This document shows positions 53,066 through 62,800 of a stretch of DNA of 64,000 bases, one piece after another (the stretch's first letter is position 1; every line of letters begins with the position of its first letter). The DNA lies in contig JAAYIH010000036.1 in the NCBI GenBank assembly GCA_012523545.1, forward strand, positions 37,978 to 101,977, read 5' to 3'. A program made the position numbers and the translations under genes. Under the pieces are notes generated by a model. It had not been told where the DNA came from. It saw nothing but the letters and a program-made list of their open reading frames with translations, and searched no databases. The DNA comes from Bacillota bacterium (GTDB lineage Bacteria; Bacillota; Proteinivoracia; UBA4975).

Positions 53066-54230
53066 GCAAATCGGGAAGGTCCCGGCGTGCGCGGGGCAGC
53101 TGGTAGACTGCGGCGGCCCTTTGGTCCAAGGCCAGCAGTTTGCGGGCCCTGCTGTTCAGGCGGACCACATCCCTGGCCGAGTACAGCAGGGGAGGCTTGC
53201 CGGCTTTGGCCAGAGCCGGCAACAGTTGTTTGCCTCTGGCTGAACAGGCCAGGATGCGCAGGTAGGGAATTGCGGCGCCGCGGCAGGACACCCGGTGAAA
53301 CTGCAGCAGGGCCTGCATCAGCAGGCGTTGCAACCGGGTGCGGTGGTACCTTTTGGTCTTTACCGCTTCCAGCAGGCTTTCGATGTCGCTGCTTGCCCGC
53401 AACGCATTTTTGAGCCTGTTTTCCAGGCCTTCGGAACAGGCCGGCAGGGCGCCGATTTCTTCGGTGGTCATGGTGGTCAGCGCATAAAACAGCGCCTGGG
53501 CAAAATCGTGCAAAAAAACGGGTTTTTGTTGCAGGGCTGCGGCAAGAAGCGGATGCAGGGGGGCGGGTATGTAATTCATTATTTCGTCGGCCCTTCCCCC
53601 AGCCAGCATTTTCCTCAGGTGCGAGGCACTGGCGTAGGCGCCCTTGTCCAGGGCGTGATTGGCGGCAATGCGCTTTATGGGGTGGGCTTTGATATGGGGA
53701 GCGCAGGCGGCTATTGCCCGGAGGTATTCGATGGCCAGGATGTCGTTGGCGCCGGTTAACACCGCCGCCAACCTGTCCAGCCCCGGCACGCTTTCCACAG
53801 CACTCTGCACCGCTGCAGCATAGCTGATGCCCCGGCGCAGTTGCACTTTGATTTGATGTTGGGCCTGTTTCGTACTTAACCAGGCGGCCAGTTCCTTGAG
53901 CGGGCCGATATTGCCGGTTTCACTGCCAAAGCTGAGGTGAGTGACGCCGCAATGGTTGAGGAGGGCGACACCCGCCCGGGCGAATCCTTCGGCGCTTTGC
54001 AACACAAACCAGGTGGGGATTTCCACAACCAGATCTGCCCCTGCCGCCAAAGCCAACCGGGCCCGCGTCCATTTATCAAATACCGCCGGTTCCCCTCTTT
54101 GCACGAAATTGCCGCTCATGGCAATGACTGTATACGCGCAGCCTGTCTCTTCTTTGGCCTTTTGCAGGTGGTAGTAATGGCCCAGGTGGAAGGGGTTGTA
54201 CTCTGCGATGATGCCCAGAGTGCCCTGCAC
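53043..54230 (-). CDS. tmcAL: tRNA(Met) cytidine acetate ligase (YlbM)
   Basis: GIIAEYNPFHLGH, MSGNFVQRGEP, LAAGADLVVE, SFGSE, NDILAIEY, TKRY; start re-picked to GTG 54230. Confidence 0.9.
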   Translation of the reverse strand: MQGTLGIIAEYNPFHLGHYYHLQKAKEETGCAYTVIAMSGNFVQRGEPAVFDKWTRARLALAAGADLVVEIPTWFVLQSAEGFARAGVALLNHCGVTHLSFGSETGNIGPLKELAAWLSTKQAQHQIKVQLRRGISYAAAVQSAVESVPGLDRLAAVLTGANDILAIEYLRAIAACAPHIKAHPIKRIAANHALDKGAYASASHLRKMLAGGRADEIMNYIPAPLHPLLAAALQQKPVFLHDFAQALFYALTTMTTEEIGALPACSEGLENRLKNALRASSDIESLLEAVKTKRYHRTRLQRLLMQALLQFHRVSCRGAAIPYLRILACSARGKQLLPALAKAGKPPLLYSARDVVRLNSRARKLLALDQRAAAVYQLPRARRDLPDLLRTPARI

Positions 54231-54312
54231 AGCAAACCACTCCCTGTCATTGACTTCCCCAAACATATTGGTAACATTAACTATAGCACTATAATAATAC
54301 GGAGGTAAAGTT

Positions 54313-55512
54313 GTGAAAGTATTGGTCATCAATTGCGGCAGCTCGTCTTTGAAGTACCAACTTTTTAACATGGAGACCGAGTCGGTGCTGGCCAAAGGGC
54401 TGGTGGAACGCATTGGACTGGACGGCTCGGCCTTGATTCATACCGTAACCGGCAAGGAAAAGGTCAGGTTGGAACGGGATTTGGACAACCATAAGCAGGC
54501 CATTGCGCTGGTTTTGGAGGCGCTTACAGACCCTGAGCACGGAGTGATCAGCAGTTTTGCTGACATCGAGGCTATTGGGCACCGGGTTGTCCACGGCGGG
54601 GAAACCTTCTCAGGTTCGGTTAAAATTGACCGGGAGGTAATGGCAGCCCTGCGAAGCAACATCGATTTGGCCCCGCTACACAACCCGCCTAACATAATGG
54701 GTATAGAGGCATGTACTGAAATATTGCCCAATGCGGTGCAAGTGGGGGTATTTGATACCGCCTTCCATCAGACCATGCCCGATTATGCTTTTATCTACGG
54801 GCTTCCCTATGAACTGTACAAAAAACACGGCATCCGCAGGTACGGGTTCCACGGCACTTCCCATCAGTATGTGGCGCAAAGGGCGGCAAGTCTGTGCGGC
54901 AAGTCTTTGGACGAGGTCAAGATAATTACCTGCCACCTGGGCAACGGCGCCAGCATTACCGCGGTAGACCGGGGCAAATCTGTGGACACCAGTATGGGCT
55001 TTACCCCCCTGGAAGGCCTTATCATGGGCACGCGTTCCGGAGATATTGACCCGGCCATTCCCTTTTACCTCATGAAGCAACTGAACATGTCTTACGATGA
55101 AGTCAACGATCTCCTGAACAAGCGGTCGGGAGTACTGGGTATTTCGGGGGTAAGCAGTGATTTTCGCGATATCGAAGAGGCCGCCGACAGGGGCGACCAA
55201 CGGGCACAATTGGCCCTCCGGGCTTTTTGTTACCGGGTGATCAAGTATATCGGCGCTTATGCCGCTGCCATGAACGGAGTGGACATCATCGCCTTCACGG
55301 CCGGCCTTGGCGAAAACTCTCCCCCGGCCAGGGCGGAAATATGCAAAAGTCTTACCTTTTTGGGAGCGGAGATCGACGAGCAAAAGAACAATATCCGCGG
55401 CAAGGAAGCCGATATCAGCGCAGACACCTCCCGTGTGCGCATTCTGCTGATTCCCACCAATGAAGAGCTGATGATTGCCCGGGAGACAAAAGCCATCGCA
55501 GCCAATGCTTGA
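54313..55512 (+). CDS. ackA: Acetate kinase
   Basis: [66 protein letters not shown]. Confidence 0.97.
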   Translation: MKVLVINCGSSSLKYQLFNMETESVLAKGLVERIGLDGSALIHTVTGKEKVRLERDLDNHKQAIALVLEALTDPEHGVISSFADIEAIGHRVVHGGETFSGSVKIDREVMAALRSNIDLAPLHNPPNIMGIEACTEILPNAVQVGVFDTAFHQTMPDYAFIYGLPYELYKKHGIRRYGFHGTSHQYVAQRAASLCGKSLDEVKIITCHLGNGASITAVDRGKSVDTSMGFTPLEGLIMGTRSGDIDPAIPFYLMKQLNMSYDEVNDLLNKRSGVLGISGVSSDFRDIEEAADRGDQRAQLALRAFCYRVIKYIGAYAAAMNGVDIIAFTAGLGENSPPARAEICKSLTFLGAEIDEQKNNIRGKEADISADTSRVRILLIPTNEELMIARETKAIAANA

Positions 55513-55538
55513 CAAACTGTCCCGGTTTGTAATAACAT
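55509..55538 (+). promoter_or_regulatory. sigmaA promoter for yceD-rpmF
   Basis: TTGACA-N18-TAACAT. Confidence 0.5.
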
Positions 55539-55568
55539 CAGTATTGGCTTCGGCGCGGGAGTGTTGTT

Positions 55569-56069
55569 ATGGGCCTGAAAATCCACATCCACGATCTTAA
55601 AGTTCAGAAATGTGCCGAACTCAAAGGCAGCGTCGTTATTATGCCTTCGGAACTGGAACTCCCTGAAATGCGCGGAGTGGAATGGCATCCCTGGTCTTTG
55701 GAGTATCGGCTGACAAAAGCAGGAAATCTTTTTCTCCTCAGCGGAGAGTTAAAGGCTCCGGTATCCCTGGAATGCAGCCGTTGTCTCAAGCCAACGGACA
55801 CCGAACTGAATATTGAAGTTAACGAGCAGTTCAGCAACCAGGAGCTGGAAGATGACGAAATCCATGTTTTTCGGGGCGATGATCTGGATTTGACCGGAGT
55901 GCTGCGGGACAGCATACTCCTCAGCCTGCCCGAAAAACCTCTATGCTCTCCGGAATGTCGAGGGTTATGCCCCTATTGTGGGACCGACCGCAATCTGCAT
56001 AATTGTACTTGCGCTCCGCGGGAAACTGACCCGCGTCTGGCAGTGCTGGAAAAACTCATCCGCAAGTAG
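55569..56069 (+). CDS. yceD: YceD/YlbN (DUF177) ribosome-biogenesis protein
   Basis: CSRCL, LCSPECRGLCPYCG, DPRLAVL; upstream of rpmF. Confidence 0.92.
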   Translation: MGLKIHIHDLKVQKCAELKGSVVIMPSELELPEMRGVEWHPWSLEYRLTKAGNLFLLSGELKAPVSLECSRCLKPTDTELNIEVNEQFSNQELEDDEIHVFRGDDLDLTGVLRDSILLSLPEKPLCSPECRGLCPYCGTDRNLHNCTCAPRETDPRLAVLEKLIRK

Positions 56070-56085
56070 TTAGGAGGTGCAAACC

Positions 56086-56262
56086 ATGGCAGTTCCAAAG
56101 CGCAAGCATTCCAAGGCCCGGCAGGCCAAGAGACGGGCAAACTGGAAGCTGACAGGCCCCAACCTGATCCATTGCCCTCAGTGTCACGAACTGAAATTGT
56201 CCCATCGTATTTGCCCAAGTTGCGGTTACTATAAGGATAAGGTGGTACTCAGCCAGGAATAG
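56086..56262 (+). CDS. rpmF: 50S ribosomal protein L32
   Basis: MAVPKRKHSKARQAKRRA, CPQC...HRICPSCGYY. Confidence 0.97.
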   Translation: MAVPKRKHSKARQAKRRANWKLTGPNLIHCPQCHELKLSHRICPSCGYYKDKVVLSQE

Positions 56263-56291
56263 GAAGTTTTCACTTCCTTTTCCTTTTTTTT
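56261..56291 (+). terminator. Terminator after rpmF
   Basis: AGGAAGT-TTTC-ACTTCCT plus a T-rich tail. Confidence 0.7.
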
Positions 56292-56292
56292 A

Positions 56293-56350
56293 TTGCCAAA
56301 AATGCCGGCAACGGTTATAATTAGTACTAGGTGTTAGCATCTAGTATTGG
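56293..56350 (+). promoter_or_regulatory. fapR promoter with tandem FapR-operator-like boxes
   Basis: TTGCCA-N17-TATAAT (56293-56321); TTAGTACTAGGTGTTAG (56321-56337) and TTAGCATCTAGTATTGG (56334-56350), degenerate TTAGTA-N5-TACTAA boxes. Confidence 0.65.
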
Positions 56351-56367
56351 TTGTTGGGGGGAAGACA

Positions 56368-56943
56368 GTGCGTGCCAAAAAGCAAGCGAGGCAGTCGGAA
56401 CTGCAAAGAGTCCTGGACAGCAATCCCTTTTTGACCGATGAAGCCCTGGCGGCACAGTTTGGGGTCAGTGTGCAGACCATCAGGCTGGACAGGATGGAAC
56501 TGGGTATTCCCGAACTGCGGGAGCGGGTAAAACTTGTGGCTCACGAGTCCTACGCGCAAATCAGATCTCTTAGCGAGCAGGAGCTCATCGGGCAGTTGTG
56601 GGAACTGGAGCTGGGGGTCAAGGGGGTTTCGGTCCTGGATGTAACCATGGACATGATTTTTGCCAAGACGAAAATAATGCGGGGTCACCACCTCTTTGCC
56701 CAGGCCAATTCTTTGGCCGTCGCTCTGGTGGATGCGCCTGTGGCTTTGACGGCCGGCGCTGAAGTCAAATTCATCCGTCCGGTTTACCCTGGAGAACGAC
56801 TTGTCTGCACTGCCGAGGTCAAGGAGAAAACTGAATCCCGGGTTTATGTCGAAGCCGTGACCACCAGCGCCGGCAATGTAGTTTTTACCGGCAAGTTTAC
56901 CATTGCCGTTGTTGAGCAAAATAACAAGGAGGGTGAAGCATGA
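56368..56943 (+). CDS. fapR: Fatty-acid biosynthesis repressor FapR
   Basis: NPFLTDEALA..FGVSVQTIRLDR..LGIPELRER, RGHHLFAQANSLA. Confidence 0.95.
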   Translation: MRAKKQARQSELQRVLDSNPFLTDEALAAQFGVSVQTIRLDRMELGIPELRERVKLVAHESYAQIRSLSEQELIGQLWELELGVKGVSVLDVTMDMIFAKTKIMRGHHLFAQANSLAVALVDAPVALTAGAEVKFIRPVYPGERLVCTAEVKEKTESRVYVEAVTTSAGNVVFTGKFTIAVVEQNNKEGEA

Positions 56944-57926
56944 GAATTGCCGTAGATGCCATGGGTGGTGACAACGCCCCCGAGCAAATCGTTGCCGGGG
57001 CAATTGCCGCTGCCGCCTGCTGTGAGGACCTGGACCTGGTATTGGTTGGCCAGGAAGACAAAATTCGCGCAGTGTGTACGATGCCGGATAACGTTGAGAT
57101 CGTTGCCGCGTCGCAGGTCATTGAGAACGACGACAAGCCTTTGCTGGCTTTGCGCCGCAAAAGGGATTCTTCCCTGGCCGTCGCCCTGCAAATGCTGAAA
57201 GACGGCCAGGCGGATGCAGTGGTAAGCGCCGGCAATACCGGGGCACTGATGGCGGGCGCCAGTCTGTTGGTGGGCAGAATTCCCGGGGTCACCAAGCCCG
57301 CGCTGGCGCCGATATTGCCGACCCAGGACGGCCAGGGCGTTGTGGCGGTGGACATCGGGGCCACTATGGATCCCCGGCCCGAAAACCTGTATCAATTTGC
57401 CGTCATGGGGAATTTGTATGCGCAGACTATCTTTGGTTTGGACCGGCCCAGGGTGGGCCTGCTCAACGTGGGGGTGGAGCCGGAGAAGGGCAACGAGCTG
57501 GCCAAGCAAACTTACAAGCTTCTTTCCGAATCCCCGTTGAACTTTGTCGGCAACGTCGAAGCCCGCGACATCATGCAGGGAGTATGCGACGTGCTCGTCT
57601 GTGACGGTTTTGTGGGCAATGTGCTGCTAAAATCCATGGAGGGGGTGGCGCTGACGCTGTTTGCTGAGATTAAACATGCAATTATAGCGGGGGGTGTTAA
57701 AGCGAAACTGGGTGCAGTGTTGCTGAAGGACACGTTGAAGGGCCTGAAAAGCAAACTGGATTACGCGGAATACGGCGGTTCGCCGCTGCTGGGCATCAAC
57801 GGCGTTTGCATTAAATGTCACGGCTCCGCCGATGCCGTCACTGTTAAGAACGCCATTCTCAAGCAAGCCTGCCTGCTGGTGAAAAACAAGACCATTGAGG
57901 GAATGGCAAAAACACTGGAGGTATAA
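56940..57926 (+). CDS. plsX: Phosphate acyltransferase PlsX
   Basis: IAVDAMGGDNAP, SAGNTGA, DIGAT, LLNVGVEPEKGN, GNVE, VCDGFVGN, YGGSPLLG, HGS. Confidence 0.97.
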   Translation: MRIAVDAMGGDNAPEQIVAGAIAAAACCEDLDLVLVGQEDKIRAVCTMPDNVEIVAASQVIENDDKPLLALRRKRDSSLAVALQMLKDGQADAVVSAGNTGALMAGASLLVGRIPGVTKPALAPILPTQDGQGVVAVDIGATMDPRPENLYQFAVMGNLYAQTIFGLDRPRVGLLNVGVEPEKGNELAKQTYKLLSESPLNFVGNVEARDIMQGVCDVLVCDGFVGNVLLKSMEGVALTLFAEIKHAIIAGGVKAKLGAVLLKDTLKGLKSKLDYAEYGGSPLLGINGVCIKCHGSADAVTVKNAILKQACLLVKNKTIEGMAKTLEV

Positions 57927-57930
57927 GATC

Positions 57931-58845
57931 TTGAGCAAAATCGCCATTGTCACCGACAGCACTGCAGATTTGAATGCCGAAATGATTCAGCACCATAATA
58001 TTACTGTGGTTCCCCTCAATGTCCATTTTGACGAAGAGGTCTATAAAGACGGCGTAGACCTGACGCCGGATGAGTTCTTCGTAAAGCTGGAAGGCAGCCC
58101 CGTTCCTCCCCGCACTTCGCAGCCGTCTCCCGGGGACTTTCACCAGGTGTACAATACTCTGCTCAGCCAGGGCTATACCGGAATCATATCTATCCATATT
58201 TCCAAGGAGCTGAGCGGAACCTGGCAATCTGCATGTATTGCCAGGGACATGTTGCCGCAGGCAGATATACAGATTGTCGATTCCAAATCGGCGTCGCTGG
58301 GAGTGGGGTTGATTGTCCTCAATACGGCGAAGCTCATCCAGAAGGGCGCTTCTCTGGACGAGGCTGCAAATTACGCCCGGCGCCTTGTCCACTCGCAGAA
58401 AGTTATGTTTGGCGTCGCCACTCTGGAATACCTGCACCGCAACGGCCGAATCGGCCGTGCAGCCAAGCTCATGGGCGAACTGTTAAATGTCAAACCCATT
58501 CTGCACATCGATGAAGACGGTTTTGTCGCGGCCCTGGGCAAAATCCGCGGCAAAAACAAATTCGTTCCCTACCTGATGGAACAGGCGGAAAAGTACCTGG
58601 CGGGTTATGACCGGCCGGTGGACGCAGCCGTGGCCCACGCCCAGGACCCGGAACTGGCTGCCCAGCTGGCAGACAACATCAGGTCACGGTTGAACGTGCG
58701 CAATCTCTACATTTCCGAGCTAGGTACGGTAATCTGTACCCATACCGGCCCGGGGACGGTGGGCATGATTATTCAAAAATTCGACTTGCCAATGCCGGGA
58801 AATCTTAGTAAAATAGCTGCGAAGGGAGGGTTGGAAAATGAGTGA
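57931..58845 (+). CDS. DegV/FakB fatty-acid-binding protein
   Basis: IVTDSTAD, TSQPSP, HISKELSGT, DSKSASLG, LEYLHRNGRI, LNVKPIL, HTGPG; about 20-aa C-terminal extension overlaps acpP. Confidence 0.92.
   Translation: MSKIAIVTDSTADLNAEMIQHHNITVVPLNVHFDEEVYKDGVDLTPDEFFVKLEGSPVPPRTSQPSPGDFHQVYNTLLSQGYTGIISIHISKELSGTWQSACIARDMLPQADIQIVDSKSASLGVGLIVLNTAKLIQKGASLDEAANYARRLVHSQKVMFGVATLEYLHRNGRIGRAAKLMGELLNVKPILHIDEDGFVAALGKIRGKNKFVPYLMEQAEKYLAGYDRPVDAAVAHAQDPELAAQLADNIRSRLNVRNLYISELGTVICTHTGPGTVGMIIQKFDLPMPGNLSKIAAKGGLENE
58786..58814 (+). promoter_or_regulatory. Internal sigmaA promoter for acpP inside the degV 3' extension
   Basis: TTGCCA-N17-TAAAAT; TTAGTA half-site overlaps the -10. Confidence 0.55.
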
Positions 58846-59074
58846 AGCACTCAAAGATAAGATTATTAAGCTTATTGCCGACCAGGCTGGTGTTCCGGTT
58901 GAGGACATCGACGGTGAGACCAGTCTCCAAGGCGATTTGGAATTGGATTCCCTGGACATCATGGATTTGCTCCTGGTGCTGGAAGAGGAATTTGATATTC
59001 AGATTCCCGATGAGGAGCTGAGTAAGATCCAGACCGTCAATGACGTGATCAACTACATCGGGAAGCTGGAATAA
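58838..59074 (+). CDS. acpP: Acyl carrier protein
   Basis: DLELDSLD (pantetheine Ser), LEEEFDIQIPDEE, IQTVNDVI. Confidence 0.95.
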   Translation: MSEALKDKIIKLIADQAGVPVEDIDGETSLQGDLELDSLDIMDLLLVLEEEFDIQIPDEELSKIQTVNDVINYIGKLE

Positions 59075-59123
59075 AGTTGCAAAGGCCCCCCTGGGGCCTT
59101 GCTTGATATTGGAGGTGTTTTTT

Positions 59124-59792
59124 TTGGACGCAGTTCAATTTTCGTTGCGGGACATCAAGCCCCCGCTGCTCCGCCAGGCTCTGACCCATCCCTCCACTGA
59201 GGAAGAAAGCAACAACCAGCGCCTGGAATTTTTGGGCGACGCGGTGCTGAGCCTGGTCATCACTGATTGGCTCTATGGCCACGAGGAGGGTTTTGCCGAA
59301 GGCAAAATGTCCCAGATCAGGGCTGCAGTGGTCAAAGAGGAAACTTTGGCTGCGGTGGCTCGCAAGCTTGGTCTGGGCGAAATTGTACGCCTGGGAAAGG
59401 GAGAAGAAAAAACCGGCGGCCGAACCAGGGCGTCGTTGCTTGCAGACGCCTTGGAGGCAGTTATTGCTGCTTATTATCTCTCGGCAGGATGGGAGCAGAC
59501 CCGGGCGGCGGTACTCGCGCTGTTTGTGCCGTATTTGCAAAAGGTTTGTTCCGCCAGCTTCATCGGCGATTATAAATCCCAGGTTCAGGAAAAATTTCAG
59601 GCGGCGGGATTAAACGACATCAAGTACACGGTGATAAAAGACTGCGGCCCCGACCACGACAAGACCTTTTGGGTTCAGCTTTCGGTGGGGGGCAAAGCCC
59701 TGGCAACGGGCACGGGTAAGACCAAGAAACAGGCCGAGCAGGATGCCGCCCGCAAAGCCCTGGCAATCGACTTTGAAAATCGCCCGTGTTAA
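59124..59792 (+). CDS. rnc: Ribonuclease III
   Basis: ALTHPS, NQRLEFLGDAVL, LADALEAVI, dsRBD DYKSQVQE..GPDHDKTF..GKTKKQAEQDAA. Confidence 0.96.
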   Translation: MDAVQFSLRDIKPPLLRQALTHPSTEEESNNQRLEFLGDAVLSLVITDWLYGHEEGFAEGKMSQIRAAVVKEETLAAVARKLGLGEIVRLGKGEEKTGGRTRASLLADALEAVIAAYYLSAGWEQTRAAVLALFVPYLQKVCSASFIGDYKSQVQEKFQAAGLNDIKYTVIKDCGPDHDKTFWVQLSVGGKALATGTGKTKKQAEQDAARKALAIDFENRPC

Positions 59793-59813
59793 AATGACCT
59801 GGGAGGAATGTCA

Positions 59814-62800
59814 ATGCAGCTGCTCCGACTGGAGATCTACGGTTTTAAATCCTTTGCCAACAGGACTGAGCTCACCTTTTCCCCGGGGATTACCGCCATT
59901 GTAGGTCCCAACGGCTGCGGAAAGAGCAATGTGGTGGACGCCGTCCGCTGGGTGCTGGGCGAACAAAACCCGCGGAATTTGCGGGCAAATAAAATGGAAG
60001 ATCTGATTTACGCCGGCAGTGAAAACAGTGCGCACAAAAACTTTGCCGAAGTAAGCATAGTTCTGGACAACAGCGACAAGGTAATTCCCCTGGATTATGA
60101 AGAAATAACCATTACCAGGCGCTACTACCGTTCCGGCGACAGCGAATACTTTCTCAATCGCGTCCCGTGCCGCCTCAAGGACATCCATGAGGTACTGGCC
60201 TCTTCTCCTTTGGGAAAGGGTACATATGCCATCATCAGCCAGGGGCAGGTGGAAGAAGTTATAAACAGCCGCCCCGAAGAGCGCCGTCTCATGTTTGAAG
60301 ACGCGGCGGGCATTGCACTGTACAAGGTGCGCAAACAGGAAGCTTTGAAAAAGCTGTCCGACACCAGGGCCCATTTGACCAGGATTGAGGACATCATACA
60401 CGAGCTGCAAAGCCAGGAAGAGGAAATCAGGGAAAGTGCCGCCCGGGCCCGGGAATACCTGGATTTCAAACAGCAGGCCGACGCCATTGAGATATCCCTC
60501 TGGGCCGGCAAGTACCACGAACTGCAGAATCGCCTGGAAAAGCTGGAAGCGCGCCGGCAAGAGCTGGAAAGGAGCAGGGAAAACTGCAGGGCGCAGCTCC
60601 AGGCTGCTGAGGCCGCGCTGGCGGTTGCGGCGGGAAAATTGCAGGAATGCAGCGATTGCATCGCTGCGCTGGAGAAAAACAAAGCCCAGCTGGCCGGGCG
60701 CAAGACCGAGCTCGAGTACGATATGCAACTGGCGAGACAGCGCCAAGCCGATTATCAGAGCATGATTTTTGACGCCCAGCAGCAAGTGTCCCGCCTCACT
60801 GCTCAGCTGGAGGAGGCCAGGGGCGGAATCGCCCGCCTGGATGCCGAACTGGCTGCCTGCGGGGAAAAAACTGCTGTGCTCAGGGACCTGGTCCAGAGGC
60901 GCAATGCCGGTTTACGCATGTTGCGCCGCTTGTTGGCTGCCGCTGAAAGATACCGCTCCAATGCGGACAGCCGAATTCTTGCCGTCGCTGTTCAAAGCAA
61001 AGAATTTGCAGCCCAACGGGAAAAGGCCGCGGCTACGGAGGCGGAGCTGGCGGAGCAGATAGATTCCGCGCGCCGGGAATTGCAGACCCGGGAACAGGAG
61101 TTGGCCCAGTCCAAGGCCGAAATTGCCCGGTTGGAAGAGGGGCGCGAGCGGGTCCGGGGGCAACTGCAAAGCCTGGCTGAGCGGGAAGCGCAATTGGCCA
61201 AGGATGTCAGCCTGGCAGCCAAGCTTAGGTACGATGAGGCCAACGCCCTGGTTCGGGCCCGCGGGGCGCTCCAGGTATTGACACAAAAACTGGAAATGCT
61301 CCAGACCATGGAGGAAGAACTCCAGGGATTTTCCGCCGGCGTGCGGGCCATCCTCCGGGCCGGCGGGGAGGGGAAACTGGAGGGCATCCTGGGGGCGGTG
61401 TCCCAACTGATCCAGGTGCCCAATCCCGCTCACGCCCTGGCGGTGGAGACGGCCCTGGGCGGCGCCCTGCAATATGTAATTTGCCTTGACGACGAGCATT
61501 GCCGCCTGGCTATTGAAATGCTAAAAAGAACGGGGCAGGGCCGGGCCACCTTGGTGCCGGTTAGTGCAGCGCGGATGCGGTCCTGGGGAGCAAGGCCGGA
61601 AAGATTTGCCCAGCCCATTGTCGGCTGGGGCGACCAGCTCGTCCGCTGTTCGGAACAGATCAGGCCGGTTGTCTCCATGCTGCTGGGCAACGTACTGGTG
61701 GCAGAAAACTTGAGCATCGCTGCCAAACTGGCGACGGAAACCAAGTACCGGTATAAAATTGTTACTCTGGAAGGGGACGTGGTCAGCCGCGGTCTCTACA
61801 CCGGCGGCTCCGTCCCCAAGGGACAGCCGGGCTTGATGCGCCGCAAGGCAGAGCTGGATGACTTAAGCCGGCGTTGCCGGGAAAAGGAGCAGGAAATCGA
61901 AGCGTTCAGCAAGCGCTGCCGGGCGGCAGAGCAAGACCTCGCAGAACTGGAGAGAAAAAGGCAGCAAACCGCTTCCCTGCGGGAAGATGCCGAGCGGGAG
62001 CTGTACCAGCTGGAGGCGAAAATCGAACAGGCGCGAATGCGCTGTGCGCAAGCCAGGGAAAGGGCGGAGGATTGCCGCCGGCGCCTGGCAGAGCAACAAC
62101 AAAAACTGGCTGACATTCGCTCGGTTTTGGCCGGCGTCACGTCCCGGCTCCGCGACGATGAACAAGACCTGGAACTTTTGCAGGGCCTCAGAAATGATTT
62201 GCTCAACCTGGCTGAAAAATGCAAGGAAATGGATTCTCTGTGGACTTCCCGGCAAAACAGCCTGCAGCTGACCCTTTATTCCCTGCAAAACCAAGCCGAG
62301 GAACAGGGCAGGCAGCGCCAGTACCTGGACCGCCAGGCCCGGGAAATACAGGAACAACTGGAGGCTGCCCGGAACGAAGTTGCGGCAAAGCAGGAGCAGC
62401 TGGCGCAGATGCAGGCCAAAATGGAGCAAAGCCACCATGCCCTGGCTGAACTGGTCCAAGGGCTTGAGTCAGTAGCCGCCAGCCTCGACGGGCAGATGAA
62501 CATCAGGGCGGGTTTACAATCTGATATTGCCGACATCAACAAGCGCATTACCGCTCTCAAAGAGGAATTGGAGGCAACCAACGCGGCCTGGCATGAAACG
62601 GATTTGCGTTTCACCCGCTGGCAAACGGAAGCTGAGGCCATGGTCCGGGAATTGGCTGCCCAGTTCGGGAAAACGCCGGAAGAAGGGCTGGCCAGTCTGG
62701 ACAGCCGCTATTCCCTTGGCGAATTGTCTTCGCGCCTGAAAAAATTGCGGGGAAGGATGGAAGAGCTGGGCGAAGTTAATCTGGCAGCTATTGCTCAGCA

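Noticed and set aside
54311-54328. Possible Rex operator at the ackA start (TTGTGAAA...)
   Set aside because: Only the left half-site matches; the right half (TTCACAA) is absent
59082-59100. Hairpin AAGGCCCC-CCT-GGGGCCTT between acpP and rnc as a terminator
   Set aside because: No U tract follows; it may be a stabilising or processing stem, but the evidence is too thin to call
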